Below are positions 38,899 to 49,200 of a stretch of 64,000 nt of DNA, piece after piece; positions within the stretch are counted from its first letter, which is position 1; each line of letters begins with the position of its first letter. Under the pieces are notes generated by a model, which searched no databases, was not told the origin of the DNA, and saw nothing but the letters and a program-made list of their open reading frames with translations. The DNA lies in IMG/VR virus record IMGVR_UViG_3300007640_000033, positions 4,180 through 68,179 of that record. The stretch is one strand, 5' to 3'. This DNA comes from a virus. Both the position numbers and the translations under genes were made by a program.

Positions 38899-39351
38899 AT
38901 GAAAGAATTAGATGTAACAAAAATGGAGTTTCTCATCACATTGAATGAGAATATTGTTGTACAACGATTTTACAATGTAAAAGGATACAATCCTGTGGCT
39001 CGTGCTTCTATGGAGTTGTATGATTATGTAAAAGGATTATGTACGACATTGGAACATGCATTAGAGATGAAAACTGTTATCTATATGTTAGAGAATCAGG
39101 ATGAAATTTTTGATGACCCAAATATTTTAGAAACCTCAAATACTGATGGACCTGAAAGTTTTAATCTGTATATTAAGATTGGTGATGAGACAATTTGTCA
39201 TAGAATTTTTGACGCCAAATTGTACCCACCTAAAATAAGATACACTCTGGATATTCGTCCGCAAGTAAAAAGTATACTTCGTGATTTGACTGACATTTTT
39301 TCAGGCAAAAAATTTAATACAACTTATTTGAACTACCAGTTAAGTAAGTAA
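38899..39351 (+). CDS. Hypothetical protein
   Basis: 150-aa ORF packed between the exonuclease and helicase genes. Confidence 0.7.
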   Translation: MKELDVTKMEFLITLNENIVVQRFYNVKGYNPVARASMELYDYVKGLCTTLEHALEMKTVIYMLENQDEIFDDPNILETSNTDGPESFNLYIKIGDETICHRIFDAKLYPPKIRYTLDIRPQVKSILRDLTDIFSGKKFNTTYLNYQLSK

Positions 39352-39388
39352 TATTTATCAAAACACTATTAAAATTAAGGTTAGCAAC

Positions 39389-40768
39389 ATGAATAAAAAT
39401 TTCGATTATCTAGGACAAAAATTTCAACTACAATTACTAAACTCACTTATTACCGATAACGAATTTGCTAACTCAATCATTGAAGTATTAGAACCAAATT
39501 ATTTTGAAAGTAAGTACTTCCGTCTTATTGTTAATATGGTAAGAGAGTACTATAAAAAGTATAACCATACTCCAAATTTTGATACACTTGAACAGTTAAT
39601 CAAAGCCGAATTGGCTCAAGACATGTTAAGCAAAATTGTCTTGGATACGGTAACTGAAATCAAAGAAGCACCATTTGAAGGTAATGCTTTTGTACAAGAA
39701 AAATCTTTAAAGTTTTGTAAACAACAAGAACTTCAAAAGGTAATGAATAAAGTACAAAAGATTATTGATAACGGTGATTTTGAAAGTTACGATAAGGCGG
39801 AAGAGTTAGTAAGAGGTGCATTACAAGTAGGACAAAGAGATACAGGTCTTAGTGATGTATTTTCTAATTTAGATGATGTTCTTAATGATGATTTCAGACA
39901 TCCGATACCAATGGGTATACCAGGTATTGATAACTTACTAAAGGGTGGATTAGCAAAAGGTGAGATTGGTGTTATATTGGCTCCAACAGGGGTTGGTAAA
40001 ACTACAATTTTAACTAAGATTTGTAATCACGCTTTCAATACGGGTTATAATGTTTTGCAAATTTTCTTTGAAGACAATCCAAAAATTGTACAACGTAAAC
40101 ATTTCACACTTTGGACTAATATTGCTCCTGATGAGTTATCAAATTTTAAGGACGAAGTTATGATTAAGGTTGATGAAATTAGAAATACAATGCCAAATAA
40201 ATTGATATTGAAAAAATTACCTTCAGATACAATGACTATGAGTCAAATTAAAAATCAAATTAGAAAAATGATTTCTGAAGGAACAAAAATTGATATGGTT
40301 TTGTTGGATTATATTGATTGTGTTGTCCCTGAAAGTAATCTTGGTGACGAATGGAAAAGTGAAGGTTCAGTTATGAGAGCATTTGAAGCGATGTGTCACG
40401 AAATGAATTTGGTTGGATGGACAGCAACTCAAGGTAATCGTTCATCAATATCATCTGAGGTTGTTACAACAGACCAAATGGGAGGTTCAATTAAGAAAGC
40501 ACAAGTTGGTCACGTAATTATATCGGTTGCAAAAACATTACAACAAAAAGAAATGAAATTAGCAACAATTGCAATAACAAAATCTCGTATTGGAAAAGAT
40601 GGTGTTGTTTTTGAAAACTGTAAGTTTGATAATGAATTATTAGAGATAGATACTGAAAGTTCAGTAACATTCTTAGGATTTGAAGAACAACAAGAAGAAA
40701 GAAAAAGAGACCGAGTTAAGGAGTTATTAGCTAAAAGAAAAGAGAGAGAATCTCAAAAAAGTAATTAA
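39389..40768 (+). CDS. dnaB: Replicative DNA helicase (DnaB / T4 gp41-like)
   Basis: GGLAKGE, Walker A APTGVGKT, LLDYID, TATQGNR and KSR motifs. Confidence 0.9.
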   Translation: MNKNFDYLGQKFQLQLLNSLITDNEFANSIIEVLEPNYFESKYFRLIVNMVREYYKKYNHTPNFDTLEQLIKAELAQDMLSKIVLDTVTEIKEAPFEGNAFVQEKSLKFCKQQELQKVMNKVQKIIDNGDFESYDKAEELVRGALQVGQRDTGLSDVFSNLDDVLNDDFRHPIPMGIPGIDNLLKGGLAKGEIGVILAPTGVGKTTILTKICNHAFNTGYNVLQIFFEDNPKIVQRKHFTLWTNIAPDELSNFKDEVMIKVDEIRNTMPNKLILKKLPSDTMTMSQIKNQIRKMISEGTKIDMVLLDYIDCVVPESNLGDEWKSEGSVMRAFEAMCHEMNLVGWTATQGNRSSISSEVVTTDQMGGSIKKAQVGHVIISVAKTLQQKEMKLATIAITKSRIGKDGVVFENCKFDNELLEIDTESSVTFLGFEEQQEERKRDRVKELLAKRKERESQKSN

Positions 40769-40783
40769 ATAATATAAAATAAT

Positions 40784-42067
40784 ATGGATAATTTAATCAG
40801 TAGTATACTAGAAAATGAACCACGTCATGTAATAAAAAGAAGTGGTGAGAAGGTTTTATTTGAATCAGATAAAATTAAGAACGCAGTTTTAAAAGCGATG
40901 GAAAGCATTGATAAAGTTGATGTCGAAATGGCGGAAAAAATTGCAAGAATTACTAAAAAAAGTATTTTTAGAAATAATAAAGATAGAGTGCCTCATGTAG
41001 ATGAGGTACATGATATGGTTGAAAATAAATTAATGGACAATGGATTGAATGATGTTGCGAAAGAATACATTATATATCGTTCAAAACACCAACCAAATAT
41101 CTTCACAAAAAGAGTTAATTTAAAACCATATGAATATCCAAATCTAAATGAATATGTTGATGCTATTAGACATTCATATTGGGTACATACTGAATTTAAT
41201 TTTACTTCAGACATTCAAGACTTTAAAGTTCATTTGAGTGATAAAGAAAAAAGTGCTGTACAAAGAGCGATGTTAGCAATTTCACAAATTGAAATTGCGG
41301 TTAAAACCTTTTGGGGTGACATTTATAAAAGATTACCAAAGCCTGAGATTGGGAATGTTGGAGCAACATTCGCGGAATCAGAAGTTAGACACGCAGATGC
41401 TTACTCACACCTACTTCAATTATTAGGTTTGAATAAAGAATTTGAAAATTTATTGGAAGTACCTGCGATTAGAAAAAGAATCAAATATTTGGAAAAATCA
41501 ATTTCTAGTTCAAAGTCTGTAGAAAATAAAGATTATTTTGAGTCTGTTGTATTGTTCTCAATGTTTGTTGAAAACGTTTCATTATTTTCACAATTCTTAG
41601 TCATTATGTCATTTAATAAACACAAAAATGTTTTAAAAGGTACAAGTAATGCTGTTGAAGCAACATCTAAAGAAGAAAATATTCACGCAGAATTTGGATT
41701 TGAATTGGTTAATTTGATTAAGAGAGAAAATCCTACTTGGTGGACAGACCAATTAGTAGATGATTTAATTGATGCTACTATGGAAGCTTATGAGGCAGAA
41801 TCTGAAATTATTGATTGGATTTTTGAAAAAGGAGATTTAGATTTTTTGACAAAAGAACAAACTTTAGAATTTATTAAACATCGTTTTAATGTATCTTTGA
41901 ATTCAATTGGTATTGATAATATTTTTGTAATTAATGAAAGTTTGTTGGAAACAACAGAATGGTTTGATGATGAGATATTAACTACAAAACACACAGATTT
42001 CTTCAATAAAAGAAGTATCAATTACAGTAAAAAGTCAAAATCAATTACATTAAATGATTTGTTTTAA
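40784..42067 (+). CDS. nrdB: Ribonucleotide reductase beta subunit, class Id-type, with N-terminal ATP-cone
   Basis: ATP-cone VIKRSG...F...KI..A...AKEYIIYR; ferritin-like ligands QIEIAVK, EVRHADAY, VENVSLF and EENIH. Confidence 0.9.
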   Translation: MDNLISSILENEPRHVIKRSGEKVLFESDKIKNAVLKAMESIDKVDVEMAEKIARITKKSIFRNNKDRVPHVDEVHDMVENKLMDNGLNDVAKEYIIYRSKHQPNIFTKRVNLKPYEYPNLNEYVDAIRHSYWVHTEFNFTSDIQDFKVHLSDKEKSAVQRAMLAISQIEIAVKTFWGDIYKRLPKPEIGNVGATFAESEVRHADAYSHLLQLLGLNKEFENLLEVPAIRKRIKYLEKSISSSKSVENKDYFESVVLFSMFVENVSLFSQFLVIMSFNKHKNVLKGTSNAVEATSKEENIHAEFGFELVNLIKRENPTWWTDQLVDDLIDATMEAYEAESEIIDWIFEKGDLDFLTKEQTLEFIKHRFNVSLNSIGIDNIFVINESLLETTEWFDDEILTTKHTDFFNKRSINYSKKSKSITLNDLF

Positions 42068-42087
42068 TTTATAAAAATTTTTAATAT

Positions 42088-43794
42088 ATGAATAATAGAA
42101 AACCATTCGATTGGATTAATGATGAATCGATTACATTTCTTCGTCGCGGATATTTGAGTGAAGGAGAAGAACCATTAGAGAGAATTAAAGTAATTTCAGA
42201 CCATGCTGAAAAATTATTAGGTATTAATGGATTTTCAGAAAAGTTTATGGATTACATGGGTAAAGGTTGGTATTCATTATCATCACCAGTTTGGGCTAAT
42301 TTTGGTAAAAAACGAGGATTACCCGTAAGTTGTTTTGGTTCCAACGTTGGAGACAATATTGAATCTATATTGTATACACAGGCAGAGGTTGGTGAAATGA
42401 GTAAAATGGGTGGTGGTACCTCAGGTTACTTTGGTAACATCAGACATAGAGGTGCTGAGATTACCGACAATGGACACGCACCTGGTGCGGTTCACTTTAT
42501 GAATCTATTTCAAAGTGTTGTTGATAATATATCTCAAGGTTCAACCCGTAGAGGCAGATTCTCACCTTATTTACCTGTAGAACACCCTGATATCATGGAG
42601 TTCTTAGAAATTGGAACAGAAGGATTCCCTATTCAAGACCTTACTCATGCTGTTACAGTTACCGATGAGTTTATGAATGATATGGTTGCAGGTGATAAAC
42701 AAAAAAGAGCGATTTGGGCGAAAGTAATTCAAAGACGAGGTGAGATTGGATATCCCTACATTATGTTTACCGATACTATGAATAATAAATCACCTGAGGT
42801 TTATAGAGATAAAGACATGAAGATTTATAATTCAAATCTTTGTTCAGAGATTGCTTTACATAATTCAGAAGAAGAATCATTTGTATGTGTACTTTCTTCA
42901 ATGAACTTACTTCATTATGAAGAATGGAAAGATACTGATGCGGTTGAAACCATGGTTTATTTCTTGGATGCAGTTGTAACTGAATTTATTGATAAAATTG
43001 ATTCTTTGAGACATAATGGAACCATTGAAGGACAACGAGCATTTTTCTATTTGGAAAAATCCTATAATTTCGCTAAAAGACAACGAGCTTTAGGTTTAGG
43101 TGTTTTAGGTTGGCATTCATTGTTACAATCAAAAGGTCTTCCATTTGACTGTAGAGAAACTGCAAAATTAAATGTGGAGGTATTCAAACTCATCAAGGAT
43201 AAGTCATATAAAGCATCTGAAGATTTAGCTAAAGTTTTTGGTGAACCAGAGTGTTTAGTTGGTTATGGAAGAAGAAATGTTACTTTGAATGCAATCGCAC
43301 CGACAACATCTTCAGCTTTTATTTTAGGTCAAGTTTCACAATCTATTGAACCAATATGGTCTAATTGTTATGTAAAAGATGTTGCAAAGTTGAAAGTAAC
43401 AATTAAAAATCCAGTTTTAAAAGATTTATTGATTGAGTTGAAAAAAGATACTAAAACAACTTGGGATAGTATTAAGAAACATGACGGTTCAGTACAACAT
43501 TTAGATTTCTTGACTGATGAACAGAAAGAAGTATTTAGAACATTTGCGGAGATAAATCAATCATCAATTATCAATCAAGCGGCTGTACGTCAAGATTACA
43601 TTGACCAATCACAATCTTTGAACTTGATGGTTTCTCCTGATATGCCAACTAAGGATGTAAACAAACTTCTAATAGAAGCTTGGCAATTAGGTGTAAAAAC
43701 TCTATACTATCAACACTCAATGAATTCAGCTCAAGCTTTTGCTAGAAAAAAGTTAAACTTGAATGACTTACAGTGTGTTGCTTGTGAAGGGTAA
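42088..43794 (+). CDS. nrdA: Ribonucleotide reductase alpha subunit (short, no ATP-cone)
   Basis: PVSCF, SNLCSEI (thiyl Cys), VCVLSS, APTTSS, DQSQSLN, KTLYY and C-terminal CVAC. Confidence 0.95.
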   Translation: MNNRKPFDWINDESITFLRRGYLSEGEEPLERIKVISDHAEKLLGINGFSEKFMDYMGKGWYSLSSPVWANFGKKRGLPVSCFGSNVGDNIESILYTQAEVGEMSKMGGGTSGYFGNIRHRGAEITDNGHAPGAVHFMNLFQSVVDNISQGSTRRGRFSPYLPVEHPDIMEFLEIGTEGFPIQDLTHAVTVTDEFMNDMVAGDKQKRAIWAKVIQRRGEIGYPYIMFTDTMNNKSPEVYRDKDMKIYNSNLCSEIALHNSEEESFVCVLSSMNLLHYEEWKDTDAVETMVYFLDAVVTEFIDKIDSLRHNGTIEGQRAFFYLEKSYNFAKRQRALGLGVLGWHSLLQSKGLPFDCRETAKLNVEVFKLIKDKSYKASEDLAKVFGEPECLVGYGRRNVTLNAIAPTTSSAFILGQVSQSIEPIWSNCYVKDVAKLKVTIKNPVLKDLLIELKKDTKTTWDSIKKHDGSVQHLDFLTDEQKEVFRTFAEINQSSIINQAAVRQDYIDQSQSLNLMVSPDMPTKDVNKLLIEAWQLGVKTLYYQHSMNSAQAFARKKLNLNDLQCVACEG

Positions 43795-43818
43795 TAATTA
43801 TTATAATGAAAATAAAAC

Positions 43819-43848
43819 AAAAGAGGACTTCGGTCCTCTTTTTTATTT
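43819..43848 (+). terminator. Intrinsic terminator with cUUCGg tetraloop, potentially bidirectional
   Basis: AAAAGAGGAC-TTCG-GTCCTCTTTT followed by further T residues. Confidence 0.9.
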
Positions 43849-43882
43849 CTTATAAAAATAAGCTGAGTATATTTATGGTGAT

Positions 43883-44332
43883 ATGGCAAACGGTAAATCA
43901 TATGGTATTCAATTTCCTTTCGCATTACCAAACAAAGGTACTTATGTTGAAATAACAGAAACTGCGGATGCTGAAATTAGAACTGATTTAATTCATTTAT
44001 TATTGACAAGAAAAGGTTCTAGATATTATTTGCCGGACTTTGGTACTAGATTATATGAATATTTATTTGAACCGTTAGATGGACCCACTTTTAGTTCAAT
44101 TGAGGCTGAAATCAGAGAATCAGTAAATCAATACATGCCAAACTTAAAATTAACTAATATTACAATTACAACTGCCGACGATAATGATTTGAATGCTGGT
44201 GACACGGCAAACTCAAACACTTTTTTAGTACCAGGTCCTGGTGTACCTGAATATACGGCAAAAATAAGAATTGATTATCAAAACACTAACAATACTTTTG
44301 CAACAAGTGACTTTGTTGTATTAGTTTTATAA
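43883..44332 (+). CDS. Baseplate wedge / sheath initiator (T4 gp25-like)
   Basis: LLLTRKGSRYYLPDFGTRLYEYLFEP motif; TATTTAT at 43870-43876. Confidence 0.9.
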   Translation: MANGKSYGIQFPFALPNKGTYVEITETADAEIRTDLIHLLLTRKGSRYYLPDFGTRLYEYLFEPLDGPTFSSIEAEIRESVNQYMPNLKLTNITITTADDNDLNAGDTANSNTFLVPGPGVPEYTAKIRIDYQNTNNTFATSDFVVLVL

Positions 44333-44351
44333 AGACAACTATTTAAAGTAA

Positions 44352-46205
44352 ATGGCTAATAAGAGCATATCATACACTACAAGAGACTTCCAAGGAATAA
44401 GAACGGAATTACAAAATTACGTTAGAACTTATTATCCTGAATTGATTGATAATTTTAATGACGCATCGGTCTTTTCGGTATTCTTGGACCTAAACGCTGC
44501 GGTTGCTGATAATTTACATTATCATATAGATAGAAGTATACAAGAAACTGTTCTTCAATATGCACAACAAAGAGGTTCAATCTATAATATAGCTAGAACT
44601 TATGGATTAAAACTACCAGGACAAAGACCTTCAGTTTCATTAGTTGATTTTTCAATAACAGTTCCAGCTAATGGTGATAAGGAAGACGAAAGATATTTGG
44701 GTGTTTTGAGAAGAGGTAGTCAGGTAAATGGTGCTGGACAAGTCTTTGAAGTTGGTGATGACGTAAATTTTGCATCACCATATAATAGCCAAGGATATCC
44801 TAATAGATTGAAAATACCAAATTTTGATTCAGGTGGTAATCTAATTAATTATACAATAACTAAAAGAGAGATTGTTGTTAATGGAATTACTAAAGTGTTC
44901 AAAAAAGTTATTACACCATCGGATGTAAAACCATTTTATGAGTTATTCTTACCTGAAAGAAATGTGTTGGGTGTTACTAGTGTAATCCAAAAAGACGGTA
45001 CTAATTATGCAAATACACCTTCACCACAAGAATTTGTCACACTAAATAATAGATGGTTTGAAGTTGATGCTTTAGCAGAGGATAAAGTTTTCGTTGAAGA
45101 CCCAACTAAACCAAGTGACCAACCCGGTATTAAAGTTGGTAGGTATGTAGATGCGCCAAATAGATTTATTACTGAATATACACCTGAAGGATATTATAAG
45201 ATGACATTTGGAGGTGGTACTAATACTGCTCAAGATGCTTTAGACCAATTTACAACATTAGGGGTACCTTTGAATATCCAATTATATTCTAATAATATTT
45301 CGTTGGGTAATGCATTGAAACCAAACACGACAATCTTTATACAATATAGAGTTGGTGGTGGTTTGGGAACTAATTTAGGTGTGAATGTAATTAATCAGGT
45401 TGGTCAAGTCTCATTCTTTGTAAATGGTCCATCAGATAATATTAATAATGCTGTTGTAAATTCACTTAGATGTAATAATCCTGTTGCCGCAATTGGTGGT
45501 GCTAATCTACCAACAATTGATGAGGCAAGAAATTATGTTGGTTATAACTTCGCATCACAAAAAAGAGCGGTGACAGTTAAAGATTATGAATCATTGATTA
45601 GAACAATGCCATCACAATTTGGAGCACCCGCTAAAGTAGCAATAACTGAAAATGATAACAAAGTTAATATACAATTACTTTCTTATGATACTACAGGTAA
45701 ATTAACATCAACAGTTTCAAATACTTTGAAAACAAATGTTGCCAATTATCTTTCTAATTATAGAATGATTAATGATTATATTTCAGTTCAAACCGCACTA
45801 GTTGTTGATTTATCATTTGAAATTTCTGTTGTTTTAGATGCAACACAAAATCAGGGTGCAATTATCTCAGATATTATTGATGTAGTTAATACGGCATTGA
45901 ATCCATTGAACAGACAATTGGGTCAGAATGTTTATTTATCTGAAATTAGAAAAGACATACAAGACCAAAATGGGGTTATTTCAGTATCAGATATTTCAGT
46001 ATTCAATAAAGTCGGTGGTAAATACTCCTCATCAGAAACCTCAATGCAATATATCGACCCTATTACTAAAAAAATAGGACCTGTACACGACACTATTTTT
46101 GCACAACCAAATCAAATTTATCAGATAAGATTCCCTAATACTGACGTAACTGTAAGAGTACTAAATTTATCTTCAGTAACATTTGGAGGTACTTCTAATC
46201 AGTAA
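44352..46205 (+). CDS. Baseplate wedge protein (T4 gp6 / gpJ-like)
   Basis: RDFQGIR, QYAQQRGSIYNIA..YG, YRVGGG, GGA and QKRAVTVKDY motifs. Confidence 0.9.
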   Translation: MANKSISYTTRDFQGIRTELQNYVRTYYPELIDNFNDASVFSVFLDLNAAVADNLHYHIDRSIQETVLQYAQQRGSIYNIARTYGLKLPGQRPSVSLVDFSITVPANGDKEDERYLGVLRRGSQVNGAGQVFEVGDDVNFASPYNSQGYPNRLKIPNFDSGGNLINYTITKREIVVNGITKVFKKVITPSDVKPFYELFLPERNVLGVTSVIQKDGTNYANTPSPQEFVTLNNRWFEVDALAEDKVFVEDPTKPSDQPGIKVGRYVDAPNRFITEYTPEGYYKMTFGGGTNTAQDALDQFTTLGVPLNIQLYSNNISLGNALKPNTTIFIQYRVGGGLGTNLGVNVINQVGQVSFFVNGPSDNINNAVVNSLRCNNPVAAIGGANLPTIDEARNYVGYNFASQKRAVTVKDYESLIRTMPSQFGAPAKVAITENDNKVNIQLLSYDTTGKLTSTVSNTLKTNVANYLSNYRMINDYISVQTALVVDLSFEISVVLDATQNQGAIISDIIDVVNTALNPLNRQLGQNVYLSEIRKDIQDQNGVISVSDISVFNKVGGKYSSSETSMQYIDPITKKIGPVHDTIFAQPNQIYQIRFPNTDVTVRVLNLSSVTFGGTSNQ

Positions 46206-46276
46206 TCAATTTATTTATTCGGTAATAAAACTATTATTTGAAAATAGAGGATAAACTATTTATCAAATAAAATTAC

Positions 46277-49200
46277 ATGCCTAATTCCTATAGAATAAGA
46301 ACTGAAGTCGGAGTTGACAAAAATATTCAAGTACAGATTGACCAAGATTTTGATGAACTTGAAATTTTATCACTTAAGATTAGACAAAGTGATGTCTACA
46401 CTAAAGACTGTTCACAATATGGTGTAATTGCCGGTAGGGTTTTAGCTAATGGTGGATTTGGTATACCAAATGCTAGGGTATCTGTTTTTATACCATTATC
46501 TCAGGAAGATGAGTTAAATCCTATTATATCAACTTTATATCCTTATCAAAATATTGGTGATTTAAATGAGGATGGTTATAGATATAATTTATTACCATAT
46601 ATACCATCACACGGTGGTCACACAGCTACTGGTACATTTCCAGAAAGAAACGACGCTTTATTTGATGAGGCGGTAATTGAGGTATTTGACAAATATTATA
46701 AGTTTACGGTCAAAACGAATTCAAGTGGTGACTATATGATTTTAGGTGTACCAACAGGTAACCATACTGTTGTGTTAGATTTAGATTTATCTGATATTGG
46801 TGAATTTTCTTTAAGTCCACAAGATTTAATTAGAATGGGTCTTGCCACAGAATCACAAGTTGCTGGTACCAGATTCAAATCATCAGAAGATTTAAATTCT
46901 TTACCTCAGATTGTTAATCTAAATAAAGCTATTGATGTTGCACCATTATGGGGTCAACCTAATGTTTGTCAAATAGCAATTTCACGAGTTGATTTTGATT
47001 TAAGACAAGAGGCTAGCATTGATATTCAACCCACGGCCATTTTTATGGGTTCAATGATTTCGTCACCTGATGATACAAAATTGTCAACATACTGTAACCC
47101 AAAAAATAGACTTGGTAATTTATGTGAACTTATTACAGGACCTGGTGAAATAATTGGTGTTAGACAAACCATATTCCAAGGAGAAGATGGGTACCCACTA
47201 TTAGAAGTGGCTGACTTACCTAATAATGGTAATCTAATTGATGAGGATGGTACGTTCTTATTTGATGTACCCATGAATTTGGATTATGTGGTGACTAATG
47301 AATTTGGTGAAAGAATTTTCTCAAATGACCCCAAAAAAGGTATACCAACATCTTCAAAATACAGGTTCAAATTAAAATGGAAACAACCTAACACATTGAA
47401 TGTTGACGTAAAAAGACCTTATGTGTTAGTTCCAAACGTAAGAGAATGGGGGTGGAATTCAACTGGTACTAATTATAATGTCGATGATGTTGAAAAATCA
47501 TATGCTTTTAGTTTAGATTGGTCTGCGTATACTAACCCTGATAGTGCGGTAGCTTGTGAAGATACTTTTTATAAATTTCAATATAACAAAGTTTATACTG
47601 TATCCCAATTTATTGATAATTTAAGTGGAGAAGAAGATAATCCATATCTTTTTATATCTAATATTTTTGGTAGGAGAGAAAAGTTTGTTGGAATTAAAGA
47701 AATAACTAGTAGGGAATGTAAAAGTACGAATAATGAATTCCCAACAAATGACGCCGTTAGAAACTTTAATCTTCAATTTTTTATAGTTTCAATTTTGTTT
47801 CAGATATTACAGATAATAATGTTACCATTGGTTTTTATATTCCATGTGGTTGCATTTCTGTGGAATGAATTTTTAATACCATTTGTCATTCTAATGTTAG
47901 CGTTATCAACCAATCAAATAATTGGTGAAATAGCGGCAGCACAAGCTGCGATTGCTTCATCGGCAGGTGGTGGATTTGCTAACTTCTTAATGGCAATTCC
48001 ATTTGCATTGAAAGCTGCTGCATGGGCGGCATTTGGTATCAGTTTTACTGTTTTAGCTATAAAATTATATGGTACTAAATTCCCACAAATAAGGTTACCG
48101 ATGATTACATATCCTGATTGTGAGGCTTGTGATTGCGGTTCGTCTGAAGGAGTTTCAAACGGAACACCAAACTTTGGTTCATCATCATTAGTTCAAACTA
48201 GTGGTTCTATATATACAATGAAAAATACAACATTCCCTATAAGTGGGAATGATTGGGCATTAGACCCTGATAGTAATAACTATGGAACTAAAAAGGCTTT
48301 GTATGAATCAGGTGTTATTAGTATTTTAGGTGGTTTAGCGAGTCCTGATGAAAGAAAAAGAATGCCTGGTATTGGTGATAAGGTGGATGGTAAAAGATTT
48401 TGGTCTAATCAACTTACGTTATCTGAACGAATTAATAAATTTAACTTAAAACAAAATTATTTTAATAACGGTACAAATAGGGTTAAACTTTACATAGCAC
48501 CAAACGTTGCATCTAATTCGGGTAAATTCCATTATGACAGTACCATCACAGTATTCTCACAGCCTGGTGTTACTTATAATGCCGGGGACTTGGTTACATT
48601 TGTTAATAGAACAAATTCAAGTGATATAAATACAATAAGTGGTGTTACTAATGACACAGGTACTAATACCATAACAGGTACATCATCAACACTAACACAA
48701 GTTACAATTCCATGGTGTAATACGTCTAATTATTTTTTACAAAATACAACAACATATAATTTTACAGGAGATACTACAGGATATACCATATACCACGAAT
48801 ACCCAACAGATATTGAGTATTGTCAGGTTATTACTGCGGTTACGGTATCTGAAGTTAGAACATTATTACAAAATACCTCAGGAGGTCCAAATTTCCAATC
48901 ATTCTATAATATTATAAATGGTAGTATGGATATCTATAATGAACAAAGAAATGGTGATAAAAAAACTTTCCCATTCCCTAATGTTATAGACAATTTTGAT
49001 AGTCAAGTGATTTTGATATTACAAAGAGGTGTTGACCCTTATTCACCTTTAGTTGAGACAAAAGTTGGGTTGGGTAAAATTTTAGGAAGAACATCTGAAG
49101 ATTCTATACAGGTAACAACAAACTTAAGATTAAATATACCATTACAACCAATCCCAAGTACCTCCACTTTGAGTTTGAAACAACATAATATTTCAAACAA

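Noticed and set aside
6036-43794. Inteins or self-splicing introns in polB, dnaB, recA or nrdA
   Set aside because: Catalytic motifs are contiguous, sizes are ordinary, and no splice-junction or homing endonuclease motifs were seen.
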